Source: Patescibacteria group bacterium
GTDB taxonomy: Bacteria > Patescibacteriota > Minisyncoccia > Moranbacterales > UBA2206
Assembly: GCA_022709735.1 (NCBI GenBank)
Contig: JAKLIG010000003.1
Coordinates: 6,384-70,383 of the forward strand
Reading direction: 5' to 3'
Length of the DNA: 64,000 bases
In this document: positions 28,527 to 38,329 of the stretch, piece after piece
Position numbering within the stretch: the stretch's first letter is position 1
Layout of the letters: each line of letters opens with the position of its first letter
Notes under the pieces: model-generated
Database searches by the model: none
Told to the model about the DNA's origin: nothing
The model's input: the letters and a program-made list of their open reading frames with translations, nothing else
Translations under genes and position numbers: made by a program

Positions 28527-29135
28527 TTATTCCGCTTGGTGTTGCTTAATTAACTCATTCCAATTTTGTCTTGGTGAAACAGCTTTTGACCCCAACTTGC
28601 ACATAAGACAATCGTTTTCATCATATAAATTTCCTTTTTCTGATATTGCCGATATAACCTCTAAACCTGATAACACTTCGGCTCCTGAGAAATTGCCAAT
28701 TGTAAGTATTGGCGATTGAACTTTTGCACCCAGACTATTTATTATTTCAATTGTTTTCTTTATGCTACCGCCAGAATAAATATCATCACCGACTATAATG
28801 ACTTTTTCACCAGCCTTAATATCAAAATTACATAACCCAGTTTGAATATCTACATATCCAAATTTAGCCCCAGCTTGTCTTGCAAGAGCATATGCAACAG
28901 CCAAGCCAAAAGGAGGATATGATATAACCCAATCAGGTTTTATATTTCTTAAATTAAGTTCCTTTAGAAAAATGTCTTCTACGATTTCTTCAACTAACGA
29001 AACATCAGAAACTATATAGTCAGTATTCAAATACAAATCCGAATGCATTCCGCTTTCCGAGGTCTTAACGTGGAGACTAGAATCATCATACCTCCATACT
29101 GCCTTGTCGATTATTAGTTCAGGGATAGTTTTCAT
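28527..29135 (-). CDS. Phosphoribosyltransferase (type I PRTase fold)
   Basis: PRPP-binding loop VIIVGDDIYSGGS. Confidence 0.7.
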   Translation of the reverse strand: MKTIPELIIDKAVWRYDDSSLHVKTSESGMHSDLYLNTDYIVSDVSLVEEIVEDIFLKELNLRNIKPDWVISYPPFGLAVAYALARQAGAKFGYVDIQTGLCNFDIKAGEKVIIVGDDIYSGGSIKKTIEIINSLGAKVQSPILTIGNFSGAEVLSGLEVISAISEKGNLYDENDCLMCKLGSKAVSPRQNWNELIKQHQAE

Positions 29136-29137
29136 AA

Positions 29138-29473
29138 TTAAAATAATTTACCTCCAACCTCCGCAAAGTCCTTGTCAGGCGTAATTAAAATACACTTACC
29201 GTCTTTATCTGGAACACCTAGCGTCAGGGATTCAGAAACAAAAGGACCGATTTGTCTTGGTGGAAAATTTACTACGCCCAAAACCAGCTTGCCAATCAGT
29301 TCTTCCTTCTTGTAATAATCCACAATCTGAACCGATGACCGCTTTGTGCCAATTTCCGAGCCAAAATCAATAGTCAGTTTATACGCTGGTTTCTTAGCTT
29401 CAGGAAAATCATCGACTGCGATTACTTTTCCCACTCTGATGTCTAACTTTTGGAAGTCTTCTATTGTTGCCAT
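29138..29473 (-). CDS. tRNA-binding protein (CsaA/Trbp111/EMAP-like OB fold)
   Basis: 111 aa. LDIRVGKVIAV...AKKPAYKLTIDFG signature of the tRNA-binding domain. Confidence 0.75.
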   Translation of the reverse strand: MATIEDFQKLDIRVGKVIAVDDFPEAKKPAYKLTIDFGSEIGTKRSSVQIVDYYKKEELIGKLVLGVVNFPPRQIGPFVSESLTLGVPDKDGKCILITPDKDFAEVGGKLF

Positions 29474-29489
29474 ATAGTTTATTATTCAG

Positions 29490-30188
29490 TTATTTTAGAC
29501 CGATAACAGCCACCATAGCCTCGGTTACTTTTGGCTTATCTCTTCGGAAAGAAAAATATCTATCATCCTCCATTGTGCATTCTTCATTGTTTTCGATATT
29601 TTTATAATCAATACCGAGGTCAACCATTTGTTCCTTGATTATGCCCTTGAGGTCGACAAATATCTTGCCTTCTCGTCTGATTACGAACTCAGGATAACTG
29701 CCAAATCTGTCCAAAACATCATCCTTTATTTCAAAATGACAGCTATTAATTCCAGGACCCAGTGCGATTTTTAAATTCTCAGTTTTTCCACCAATACTCA
29801 GTGTTTCCTTTATCGCATTTCCAATAATTCCGCTGACTATTCCACGCCAACCGCAATGTATCACACCAATGATTTTCTTCTCAGATTCGTATAGATAAAC
29901 AGGAATACAATCTGCCATTGTAGCTGAAAGAAAGATGTTCTTATCTCTAGTTATGAGTCCATCTGCTTCCAATATGAAATTAGGGCTGGAATTATTAACG
30001 ATTTCAACCTTTATTCCGTGGACTATTTCGGCAGCAATGATTTTATTTTCACCAATCCCAATCTTTTCAAAAAACCTTTTTCTGTTTTCCAAATTCAAAT
30101 CGCTGTCCTTAAACAGTTTCATTGAGCCATCTTCTCGTTCAGACATCACCGCTAAAATTTCTGGTATATTTTGGAAAAATTTAATCAT
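29490..30188 (-). CDS. YfiH/PgeF-family (DUF152) purine nucleoside phosphorylase / laccase-domain protein
   Basis: ADCIPV...VIHCGWRG conserved His/Cys/His triad region. Confidence 0.7.
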   Translation of the reverse strand: MIKFFQNIPEILAVMSEREDGSMKLFKDSDLNLENRKRFFEKIGIGENKIIAAEIVHGIKVEIVNNSSPNFILEADGLITRDKNIFLSATMADCIPVYLYESEKKIIGVIHCGWRGIVSGIIGNAIKETLSIGGKTENLKIALGPGINSCHFEIKDDVLDRFGSYPEFVIRREGKIFVDLKGIIKEQMVDLGIDYKNIENNEECTMEDDRYFSFRRDKPKVTEAMVAVIGLK

Positions 30189-30456
30189 TTTTAACATCAA
30201 ACTGAATTATTTGAAATCCATATTTATCAATATCTTCCTGCGACCAAAAAGACACGTCCTTGGTTTTTATGATATAGGTCGCAGTTGTTTCAATTTTCCT
30301 GCCAGTATATTCCTGCTTGTCTTTGTCCCATTCTTCCAAAACCAACGTGTCACCATCATTAACTTCAAAATCAGCCAGACGAAGTTCAAACTTTTTCTTT
30401 CCAGCCATTATTTTATCAAAGTATTCTTTCCAAACTTTCTTGTGAATAGTTGCCAT
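30181..30456 (-). CDS. ASCH/PUA-like small protein
   Basis: 91 aa. KKFELRLADFEV...GDTLVLEEWD resembles the ASCH beta-barrel. Confidence 0.45.
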   Translation of the reverse strand: MATIHKKVWKEYFDKIMAGKKKFELRLADFEVNDGDTLVLEEWDKDKQEYTGRKIETTATYIIKTKDVSFWSQEDIDKYGFQIIQFDVKND

Positions 30457-30459
30457 ATT

Positions 30460-30768
30460 TTATGTTTTAATAATTTTCTTTATCACTGCGTCAACGAACA
30501 ACCGAAATGCTGGACGATTCTCCTTATCATAAATAATCTTAACTCCCAGTATATGCCCATTAGAGCAAGCTAGCATATTTTTGGTCAGCGAAAATTTCGC
30601 ATTGATTATTCGGTCGACATACATCCTTCGTAAGTTACCAGAACCATCTTTTTGATAGCGACAAATACTAACGCCACATTTTTCACAAGAGATGTTTAAT
30701 AATCTTGAATGACCACCTCTTATTATTCTGTATTTGTCGTTCTTTAATTTTATCTTCGTGTCATTCAT
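30460..30768 (-). CDS. Hypothetical Cys-containing protein
   Basis: 102 aa. CEKCG...C pattern. No clear family. Confidence 0.4.
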   Translation of the reverse strand: MNDTKIKLKNDKYRIIRGGHSRLLNISCEKCGVSICRYQKDGSGNLRRMYVDRIINAKFSLTKNMLACSNGHILGVKIIYDKENRPAFRLFVDAVIKKIIKT

Positions 30769-31397
30769 ATTTTTATTTCTTCACCATCCCCTACCAATTT
30801 ATAATTATCACCTTCTACCAAAATCGCCTGACCATCCTTTAATACCTTGGTCTCATATCGGCTTTGGGAAATCCTTTCTTTTAACAACTCCCTGTAGTCT
30901 GGGTCATAATGTGCCTTAACTAAAAATGGCACCAGATTCATTGCGGTCAAATCCGTTACTCCAAATCTATCTTTTTCTTCGCCTGGTTTTTTCCAAGTGG
31001 ACATTTCAATCGTGGGGCAGGCTATATAACTTCCAGCACTTGAGCCAATATAGACCGCACCCTCATCAATCATTTCTGCTAGAACCTTATCAAAACCACT
31101 TTCACGCACAGCCTTTAACAAATAAAAAGTATTTCCGCCTTCAACATAAATAGCATTTTTATCTTTTAACAATTCTCGCAAGTCATTTTCAGTTTTACCT
31201 TCAATGTCCAACACATCAAAATTATACCCCTCTTTGTCTAACATTTCTTTGTATCTTTCAATATAGCCCCTGTTTTGGCTTCCATTTCCTGCCGTTATGA
31301 TGTAAGCCATTTTTATTTTAGAAATATCATCAAACAAAAGCCTTAAGCCTTTTTCTATAACAAAATCACTGTTTGACGATAGTAATAATTTTCTCAT
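30765..31397 (-). CDS. pepE: Peptidase E (S51 dipeptidase)
   Basis: GGNTFYLL and GSSAGS catalytic Ser motif. Confidence 0.7.
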   Translation of the reverse strand: MRKLLLSSNSDFVIEKGLRLLFDDISKIKMAYIITAGNGSQNRGYIERYKEMLDKEGYNFDVLDIEGKTENDLRELLKDKNAIYVEGGNTFYLLKAVRESGFDKVLAEMIDEGAVYIGSSAGSYIACPTIEMSTWKKPGEEKDRFGVTDLTAMNLVPFLVKAHYDPDYRELLKERISQSRYETKVLKDGQAILVEGDNYKLVGDGEEIKI

Positions 31398-31400
31398 AAA

Positions 31401-31988
31401 TTAAACCTGATGCCTCTTGCTTTTGCTAAATTCAAAATCAACTTGCTTCAAATAGTCTTCCACTTCGTCTGTAAGCAATGTGATAGAATTATCCAGCGTT
31501 ATAAACTCAGTTGAATTACTTTCCGTATCATAAATTGCAAATGTCGCTTTGCCAGTTTTATGTGCCGAAATTTCACCTGGGTTTACCACCAAGCAGTCCC
31601 CAATCTTTTCCTCATTTTTCAAATGGTTATGTCCATAAAACACTGCGTCATATTCACCTGATTTTGCCATTGGCTTCGCAATGTCAGGATAATGAGTCGC
31701 AAAAATCCTTTTGCCACCAAATTCCAAGAAATCATAAATGCTATCACTCACTGTCAAATTACTAGCTGGATTTAGCGAAGTTTTAGTTATAACTGATTTA
31801 TCTCCATCGTTATTTCCCCAGACAGCAAAAACAGGAATTTTTGAAGTAGCCAAAACCTTTGCCACACCATTATTCATAAAGTCACCCAGAAAAATAATCT
31901 GCTCGCATTTTTCTTGTTCAATTCTTTTTAATGCTAAAATAATGTTGTGAAAATTTTCGTGTATGTCAGATATGACTGCAATTTTCAT
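31401..31988 (-). CDS. Metallophosphoesterase (YfcE/MJ0936-like)
   Basis: ISDIHEN, GDFMNNG, GHNH motifs. Confidence 0.7.
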   Translation of the reverse strand: MKIAVISDIHENFHNIILALKRIEQEKCEQIIFLGDFMNNGVAKVLATSKIPVFAVWGNNDGDKSVITKTSLNPASNLTVSDSIYDFLEFGGKRIFATHYPDIAKPMAKSGEYDAVFYGHNHLKNEEKIGDCLVVNPGEISAHKTGKATFAIYDTESNSTEFITLDNSITLLTDEVEDYLKQVDFEFSKSKRHQV

Positions 31989-32010
31989 ATGATTTATTTT
32001 ATTAAATTAT

Positions 32011-32598
32011 TTACAATTTTAATTCCGCTATATTTATAAAGTCTATTCCAGCATTTTTGCCTGCACCCTCATCCGCCTTACTGTTGCCAATAATCAGATA
32101 TTCCGATTTCGGATTATTTTTATCATACACCAGATTAAACCCTTCTGGGTTAGGCTTGATAAAATTCACATCATTGCGAGCAACAACCTTGTCGAAAAGA
32201 GTATCTATTTTCAGCTCCTTTAATATCGGCATCACTGTCCGCTGGTCATTAGACGTCCATATATACAGATTCGCATATTCTTTTGCCAACTTTATAAGAG
32301 GCAACACTACTGGTGACAATTCATATCCAGAATAATAATCTTTTTCATTTTTGTAGCTTATTTCCAGTATTTCATCCCTTGCTTCTTTACCGCCTTTTTC
32401 AATACAGACGTTTTGAGCATTTTGAAAACCAAATTCTGACGGATTGAATCCTATCTCATAGCGAGAAGCAACTTCCTCTATTTCTTTGCACCAATTATCC
32501 CAATTAATCAGCAATTCGCAAATCGTCTCATCAAAATCAAAAATGATGTGCTTTTTATTTTTCTCTTTTATGAAATTTTCAAATTCTTGTATGTTCAT
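32011..32598 (-). CDS. HAD-superfamily hydrolase
   Basis: IIFDFDETI motif I. GNSKADEGAG motif IV-like. Confidence 0.55.
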   Translation of the reverse strand: MNIQEFENFIKEKNKKHIIFDFDETICELLINWDNWCKEIEEVASRYEIGFNPSEFGFQNAQNVCIEKGGKEARDEILEISYKNEKDYYSGYELSPVVLPLIKLAKEYANLYIWTSNDQRTVMPILKELKIDTLFDKVVARNDVNFIKPNPEGFNLVYDKNNPKSEYLIIGNSKADEGAGKNAGIDFINIAELKL

Positions 32599-33143
32599 TT
32601 TGCACTCAAATCTTTAATCCGATTAAAAACACTTTGATATTCCTCATCCACAACCGAAGCTATAAACTCTTTTCTTTCATCTTCGGTCAGATGAAAAATT
32701 TTATCGATTTTCCAAAACTCCAAACTAGTCGCCATTCCGTCTTCCAATTTCAAATCTTTTGCATCCCCATTAAATTCATAGGCATAAACTCGCTTAATCG
32801 TGTTGTTTTTCATCCCTGTTTTTTCATCCACACTGCTCCGTCTCATCTTGGTGATATAAATTAAGTCTTTTTCCTCGGCTTTTATACCAGTTTCTTCCTC
32901 CAATTCTTTAACGGCTGTCTTCAAATAATCATCGCCAATTTCCACGTGTCCGCCCACAGAAGCATCTAGCAGGTCAGGATAAGTGTCTTTATTTTTAGCT
33001 CGCCTTTGAAATAATATCTCACCATTCTTATTGTAAATCCAAACGTGAATCTCACGATGAAGCAATCCATTTTTATGGATGTTTTCTCTCGTGTCTTTTC
33101 CGACAATGTTGTCGTTTTCGTCTATGATATTTAGCTCTTGCAT
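32595..33143 (-). CDS. NUDIX hydrolase (paralog of 7145..7693)
   Basis: 182 aa. Nudix box AVKELEEETGI. Same length and same N- and C-termini (MQELN...LSAK) as the core-genome copy. Confidence 0.7.
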   Translation of the reverse strand: MQELNIIDENDNIVGKDTRENIHKNGLLHREIHVWIYNKNGEILFQRRAKNKDTYPDLLDASVGGHVEIGDDYLKTAVKELEEETGIKAEEKDLIYITKMRRSSVDEKTGMKNNTIKRVYAYEFNGDAKDLKLEDGMATSLEFWKIDKIFHLTEDERKEFIASVVDEEYQSVFNRIKDLSAK

Positions 33144-33145
33144 AT

Positions 33146-34213
33146 TTATCCGAAATAATTTTCCACCGCAAATTCAAACTGTTTCAAAAACAGTTCCTTG
33201 AAATACGAGATATTGTTCTGCTCGTAAAACAACAGCATCGCTTTTTTGTATTCACCTTCGTCCATACTGCGATAAGAAAGGGGGCAGGAATCAAAAGATT
33301 GCAAGATAGCATTGCCAGAAAGTCGACTGGTTCTTTTATTGCCATCCACAAACGGCTGGATGTAGGCGATGAGTAACATTAAAACAACAGCTTTTTCAAA
33401 GACATCCTTGGTTTCGTTGACTGACTTGCAAGTTTTTTCCAAGGCTTCTCTTATTTGAAACTCGTTGTCCAGTGGTCGGTAATTTGTCCCAGTGATTCCA
33501 ACCAGAGTTTTTCGCAAGTTTTTGGTCACATTCAAACCATCCACCAGTAAAGAATGGATATTTTCAATTTTGGCTACGGACACAGTTTGGAAATCTCTTT
33601 TGTTGCTTCCAATGTAATCCAAAGTCTTCTTATGATTGAGAATCATAGTCGCTTCTTCCTTTGAATGACCAGACGCTTCCTGTTGGTTTTTAATCAGTTG
33701 CTCTGTCTCCAAAAGACTGTAAGTGTTTCCTTCAATTTTGGAAGACTTCCAACTGAAGTCGATATTAAGTCTTTCTATTTCTTTCTTAAGGGCATCAGGA
33801 GCAATGTCCGCAATTTTCTTTCGGTAAATATCATTCAATTCTGAAAGTCTGCTCTTTTCAGCTTCGGTAAATATATTTCGCAATTGTCCGAAAATATCAA
33901 AGTTAAACTTTTCCTTACTTTCTCTCTTGTCAGCATCTACGGAAAAATACTTTTCCACATCTATCTTTTTCAAAATAGAATACTGGGAGGATATTTTATA
34001 GACAGCAGTCCGTTTTGATTCTCCCTGCTTTTCAATCAAACTGACTTTCAGCAGTTTTTCCAAATCTCTAGAAACAGTAATTCTGGTAATCTTTTCAAAG
34101 TCTTTCTGGATATGCTCAAAAATCTGTCCAATTGAAACAGACTCATTAGATTCAATAAACGCTAGAATTGCGTTTTGTCGTTCGTTTAGTTTATTGCTTG
34201 TAATTTTTGGCAT
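33146..34213 (-). CDS. Fic/Doc-family protein with N-terminal winged HTH. Fic motif is degenerate (QPFVDGNKRTSR)
   Basis: 355 aa. HPFx[DE]GNGRxxR core present but His replaced by Gln and Gly by Lys. Confidence 0.6.
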   Translation of the reverse strand: MPKITSNKLNERQNAILAFIESNESVSIGQIFEHIQKDFEKITRITVSRDLEKLLKVSLIEKQGESKRTAVYKISSQYSILKKIDVEKYFSVDADKRESKEKFNFDIFGQLRNIFTEAEKSRLSELNDIYRKKIADIAPDALKKEIERLNIDFSWKSSKIEGNTYSLLETEQLIKNQQEASGHSKEEATMILNHKKTLDYIGSNKRDFQTVSVAKIENIHSLLVDGLNVTKNLRKTLVGITGTNYRPLDNEFQIREALEKTCKSVNETKDVFEKAVVLMLLIAYIQPFVDGNKRTSRLSGNAILQSFDSCPLSYRSMDEGEYKKAMLLFYEQNNISYFKELFLKQFEFAVENYFG

Positions 34214-34322
34214 AGTATTTTATATCATTTTTATGCTCTGATTATATCATTTATGATATAAAAGGTCAATAAGCAAGCTACTTATTGTCAATGCGTGGCT
34301 AATATAAGCCATTTTTATTATA

Positions 34323-34538
34323 TCATTGCTGCGATGGCTTTTTCACCTTTCCCCTACCGTCAATATAGATACTTTTACAATCATTCTCGTTTCCAATAAT
34401 TCTGGTATAAAATTCGCAACCATCGACAGCTATGGCTTTGCATTCACAACAAGTCATCTTTTTATTGGTGTCATAAGAAATTCTATCTCCACACCTTAAA
34501 CATTCGACATACGCCCCTTTCTTTAGTTTTTTGTTCAT
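34323..34538 (-). CDS. Small Cys-rich (zinc-ribbon-like) protein
   Basis: CLRCGD...CCEC...C pattern. Start moved to the internal Met to avoid overlap with the integrase. Confidence 0.35.
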   Translation of the reverse strand: MNKKLKKGAYVECLRCGDRISYDTNKKMTCCECKAIAVDGCEFYTRIIGNENDCKSIYIDGRGKVKKPSQQ

Positions 34539-34603
34539 TTTGTTTATGTATATGTTATAAAATGTTGATATTCTATAACATATGTATGTTTTTATGTTAT
34601 AAA

Positions 34604-35518
34604 TTAAAGCCACGAATCCATATTCATCCCCTTCTCATAAGCCTGCTTCGCTTCATCATCACTCAAGATTCCCAGATAATGGCGACTGGTCGTTTGAATA
34701 TCCGAATGTCCCAGCAGGACTTGGATGTGTCCGAGACTCACGTTTTTCTTCATTAAGGTCGTGGCAAAACTGTGGCGAATTGTATGAGCTGTGACTGTTT
34801 CTGCCATTCCAGCCTGCCTGCGATATCTCCTGAAACTCCGCTGAGCATCATTCCTATCCCAAGGCAAATTTCTTCCCTGCTCACCGATGAGGACAAACTT
34901 GTATTTATATCCTCGTCTCTTTAGATATTCCCTAATGCATTTCAGCGACCAACTATTGAAATATATTTTCCGTTGTTTATTTCCCTTGCCGATAATCATT
35001 GCTTCCTTTTTATCCCAATCAATATCCGCAATATGAAGATGCAAAGCCTCTCCGATTCTACAGCCTGTTGATATTAAGATTGAAAGAAACGCTCGGAATC
35101 TCAAATCTCTTGTGCTTTTCTTGCCGATTGAATTAAAAAACTGCTTTAATTCTTCTTCAGTTAGATACTCAACTCTGCGTTTGGGAATTTTCGGTCTTTT
35201 TATTTTCTCAAAGTCCATTACTTGCAGATGCAGTTCGTCCTGACAGAATCTCAACAGCTCTTTGATAATGGATAGATTATGAGCCTTGGTATTTGGCTTT
35301 AATTCTCGCCTGTTGTATTCCTTCTTAAGTTCCGCAATGTGCTCCTCGTTTATTTCCTGAACTACTAAATCGCCTAGTATATTTTCAGTCCATTTGAGAG
35401 TCTTGCTATATTCATAGATTGACGCTGGTCGCATCTCTTTTTCCAGCTCGCAATAGTCTAGATACAGTTTACCAGCTTCGCTGAATTTTATTGAATTTTG
35501 GTCTTTAATAAATAACAT
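34604..35518 (-). CDS. Tyrosine recombinase/phage integrase
   Basis: 304 aa. Catalytic R (GCRIGEAL), HTIRHSFAT, LLGHSDIQTTSRHY (His-x-x-Arg...Tyr). Confidence 0.85.
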   Translation of the reverse strand: MLFIKDQNSIKFSEAGKLYLDYCELEKEMRPASIYEYSKTLKWTENILGDLVVQEINEEHIAELKKEYNRRELKPNTKAHNLSIIKELLRFCQDELHLQVMDFEKIKRPKIPKRRVEYLTEEELKQFFNSIGKKSTRDLRFRAFLSILISTGCRIGEALHLHIADIDWDKKEAMIIGKGNKQRKIYFNSWSLKCIREYLKRRGYKYKFVLIGEQGRNLPWDRNDAQRSFRRYRRQAGMAETVTAHTIRHSFATTLMKKNVSLGHIQVLLGHSDIQTTSRHYLGILSDDEAKQAYEKGMNMDSWL

Positions 35519-35572
35519 CGGATTTCATTGTTTGTCCGATGTTACCTTCGTGTCAAATTAAGTCAAATCGAG

Positions 35573-38158
35573 TTATCCACTTACAGTATTCGCTGGAAAC
35601 CAAGTATCTTCTACAGCCTTGGCGGATTGGACTATCTGCTCATTTTGAGATTTCGAGAACGCTGAAAACTTTCTTTTGTCTATTTTATCCACATTCGCCC
35701 AAAGCCACTTTCCCTTTTCCGCATATCTAATTCTTTCAACTTTTTGAGAGTCATCCAATTCTTTTACTTTTTCAATAAACCTGTTGAATACTAATTTTGC
35801 ACTTTCTTTATTCGGAGCAATCGGTTGAAAGAAGGTATCATTTATAATCTGCTGGATATTATCAATAAGAAAATCGGTGTGTTTTTCAATAATTATTTTC
35901 CACAAATCATCCAGAAGAGTTTGAATCCTTCCAACACTAAATCTCAGTATCGAAAAAAACTGGCTTATATCTTGAAGTGAACTTAATTTATTCAGCACAA
36001 TCTCTTCCATCTCCTTCTTTGTCAATAACGCACCTTCCTCATTGACCTTTGAAATAGCAAATGTCCAGATTGCGTCATCCATATTACTTATTCGTTCAGA
36101 AATTGCCTCTTTTAATTTCGGTTTTTTGTCTTCTGCATATTTAGCAAGGATATTATATCTTATGCTCCTCAGATTATTATCGGCATCGTGAGCTGTATCG
36201 TTTATCATATCTTCAGCAATCTTAGCTATATCACCGCTAACAATTCCCTTATTCATTCTCGGTGCCATATCTTGAATTTTAGTCAAAACTAATTGCTTGT
36301 CTTGAGAATAATACTTTACGAGCCAATCAATAACAACTGCCGAACTAAATTTTCCAAAAGTATATTCTGAGAAATAATTAAAATCCTCATTATTAATGAA
36401 AACGAATTTCTCCTTATACTTTTCGGTTAAATCACTCTCGGAATGTTTATCAAGCCATTGCCAAAATATCTTGTAGTTTTCAATTCTGTTTTGTGATGGA
36501 AATTGCTTGTAAAATTCAAAATCCAACGCTAATGTTTTTTCTAAGAAAATTGAATGCAACTTATAATCGGCAGATATATCAGAAAGTGCTTTTACTACAG
36601 TATTAACACAGGCATTTCTTTGGTTATAATCAGGGATACTATTTGCCTTCTCAACAAATTTATCCGCCCCTGCTGTTATTTTTCCTTCTCCACTTGCTAT
36701 AAGGACTTGTTTTATTTCATCAGGATTGCCCCTATCTACTATCAATGCGAAATCATCAGCAGAAACACCTCTGGAATCACCGAAGCCTGCATCGGCTGCA
36801 AGATAAAGAAACGGTCTTATATCTGAAACCTTTAAAATAGCACCATCAAAAAACCTTGGTTTTTCAAAAAGAAACTTGAGTATGAAATTTTTCTGAGACG
36901 GAGAAAGCATATTTTTCAAAGATTCTATTCTGAAATTGATACTGTCGTTGTTTTGTTTATCTGCTGCATATTCCAATGCCGACAATAAATCTACATCCTC
37001 AATAATCTTTTCGAATAGTGGGGCACACAATTCCTGTATCATCAAAATTCTAATAACGAGAAGAGGATTATTTTCCATCTCAACAAAGTAATTTTTATTT
37101 CCTTCATCAGATGCTTCTTTAAGATTTTTAATAATTCCGAAAGTAAACAAAGTCGTATCAAGGAATCTTAAGATATGTCTAAAGTTTTTTTCAAAATATC
37201 CAGACAAATACTCTTTGAATTTTGTCTGGTCTTCAACTTTTGGAAGTATGCCACTTATTTCATCTGACTTTTTTGCAAATGTTTCATCGACAAAGCTACG
37301 CAATTCGCTATCTATAGGCAACGGCAATCTCCAATAAACATTAAATATCTTCTTCAAAAATCTTCTACCTTCTTCAATTTTCTCAGGTTCTCCTCCCTTC
37401 GGAAGTAAATCTTGTCCTAAATATCGCTCAAGAACAGTATGGTCTCCTGCTACAATAAATGTTAATTCCTTTTTGTCGAAAAATGTTCTCAAATTATCAA
37501 GAACATTTCTAGCGACCTCTGGCGTTACCCTATCTAAATCATCAACGAACACGACCAACTTTATTCCATCGAACTGCTTTATATACTGGTTCAATAAATT
37601 CTCAAAACTATCCAACGTAGAAACTGCCTTGCTACTCTTCTGAACGGATACCATTTTGCCAAAAAGAAGAGCTACGGCTGGAATAGCCAATAATGTTATC
37701 GCCCACTTAAATTCCTTGACAGCATTTCTATATTCCAATGGTAATCTTGAATAAATCGCTGGGATTGCCAACATCACCACGATTGAAAATATAAACCACC
37801 CTATATGAATCTTATTGCTTGATACATCATAATATAAATTGAGCGTATCATTCCTATTGAATATCCAGTCTTTACATTTATCCAATAATTTTTTATTAAT
37901 CTTTGATTTTATCAAGGCTAAAAAACTCCTCAAGAATGAAACTTTGTCGCTTGCAAATTTCCACGGATTAAAATCAACAACGGTAAATCCTTCCTTATTT
38001 AGGCTATACTCTAAACTTCTTAAAAATGTTGTTTTCCCTTCGCCCCATTTTCCTGAAATTCCAAATATGAAAGAATCACTATGCTTAGAGTGATTGCTCT
38101 TTATTGTATCCGATACCTGCTGGATGAATTGTTCTCTGCTTTTTAGTTTTGTATCCAT
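35573..38158 (-). CDS. KAP-family P-loop NTPase
   Basis: 861 aa. Walker A GISGKWGEGKTTFL, two TM helices inserted before Walker B (LVVFVDDLDR), which is diagnostic of the KAP family. Confidence 0.8.
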   Translation of the reverse strand: MDTKLKSREQFIQQVSDTIKSNHSKHSDSFIFGISGKWGEGKTTFLRSLEYSLNKEGFTVVDFNPWKFASDKVSFLRSFLALIKSKINKKLLDKCKDWIFNRNDTLNLYYDVSSNKIHIGWFIFSIVVMLAIPAIYSRLPLEYRNAVKEFKWAITLLAIPAVALLFGKMVSVQKSSKAVSTLDSFENLLNQYIKQFDGIKLVVFVDDLDRVTPEVARNVLDNLRTFFDKKELTFIVAGDHTVLERYLGQDLLPKGGEPEKIEEGRRFLKKIFNVYWRLPLPIDSELRSFVDETFAKKSDEISGILPKVEDQTKFKEYLSGYFEKNFRHILRFLDTTLFTFGIIKNLKEASDEGNKNYFVEMENNPLLVIRILMIQELCAPLFEKIIEDVDLLSALEYAADKQNNDSINFRIESLKNMLSPSQKNFILKFLFEKPRFFDGAILKVSDIRPFLYLAADAGFGDSRGVSADDFALIVDRGNPDEIKQVLIASGEGKITAGADKFVEKANSIPDYNQRNACVNTVVKALSDISADYKLHSIFLEKTLALDFEFYKQFPSQNRIENYKIFWQWLDKHSESDLTEKYKEKFVFINNEDFNYFSEYTFGKFSSAVVIDWLVKYYSQDKQLVLTKIQDMAPRMNKGIVSGDIAKIAEDMINDTAHDADNNLRSIRYNILAKYAEDKKPKLKEAISERISNMDDAIWTFAISKVNEEGALLTKKEMEEIVLNKLSSLQDISQFFSILRFSVGRIQTLLDDLWKIIIEKHTDFLIDNIQQIINDTFFQPIAPNKESAKLVFNRFIEKVKELDDSQKVERIRYAEKGKWLWANVDKIDKRKFSAFSKSQNEQIVQSAKAVEDTWFPANTVSG

Positions 38159-38284
38159 ATTTTATGCTTTCATCCTACTCTTTTTCGATTCCAAAGTAAA
38201 GAATTTACGCCCAATTTAGCGAAATTTTAGCCTGTGTGCGATTTTTCCTTGGAATTGGATAATTGATATCACATCATAACAAAA

Positions 38285-38304
38285 CCAGAGCCTTTCCGCC
38301 CTGG
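38285..38304 (-). terminator. Candidate intrinsic terminator after ORF 38330..38683
   Basis: Minus strand: gccagggcggaaaggctctgg followed by ttttgtt. Stem has one mismatch. Confidence 0.4.
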
Positions 38305-38329
38305 CTTTAACTTGCCATATTTATCATTG

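Noticed and set aside
34546-34610. tgttataaa triple repeat between the small Cys-rich ORF and integrase as attP-like arm sites
   Set aside because: Short, AT-only and within an overlap region. No matching copy found at any candidate opposite boundary.
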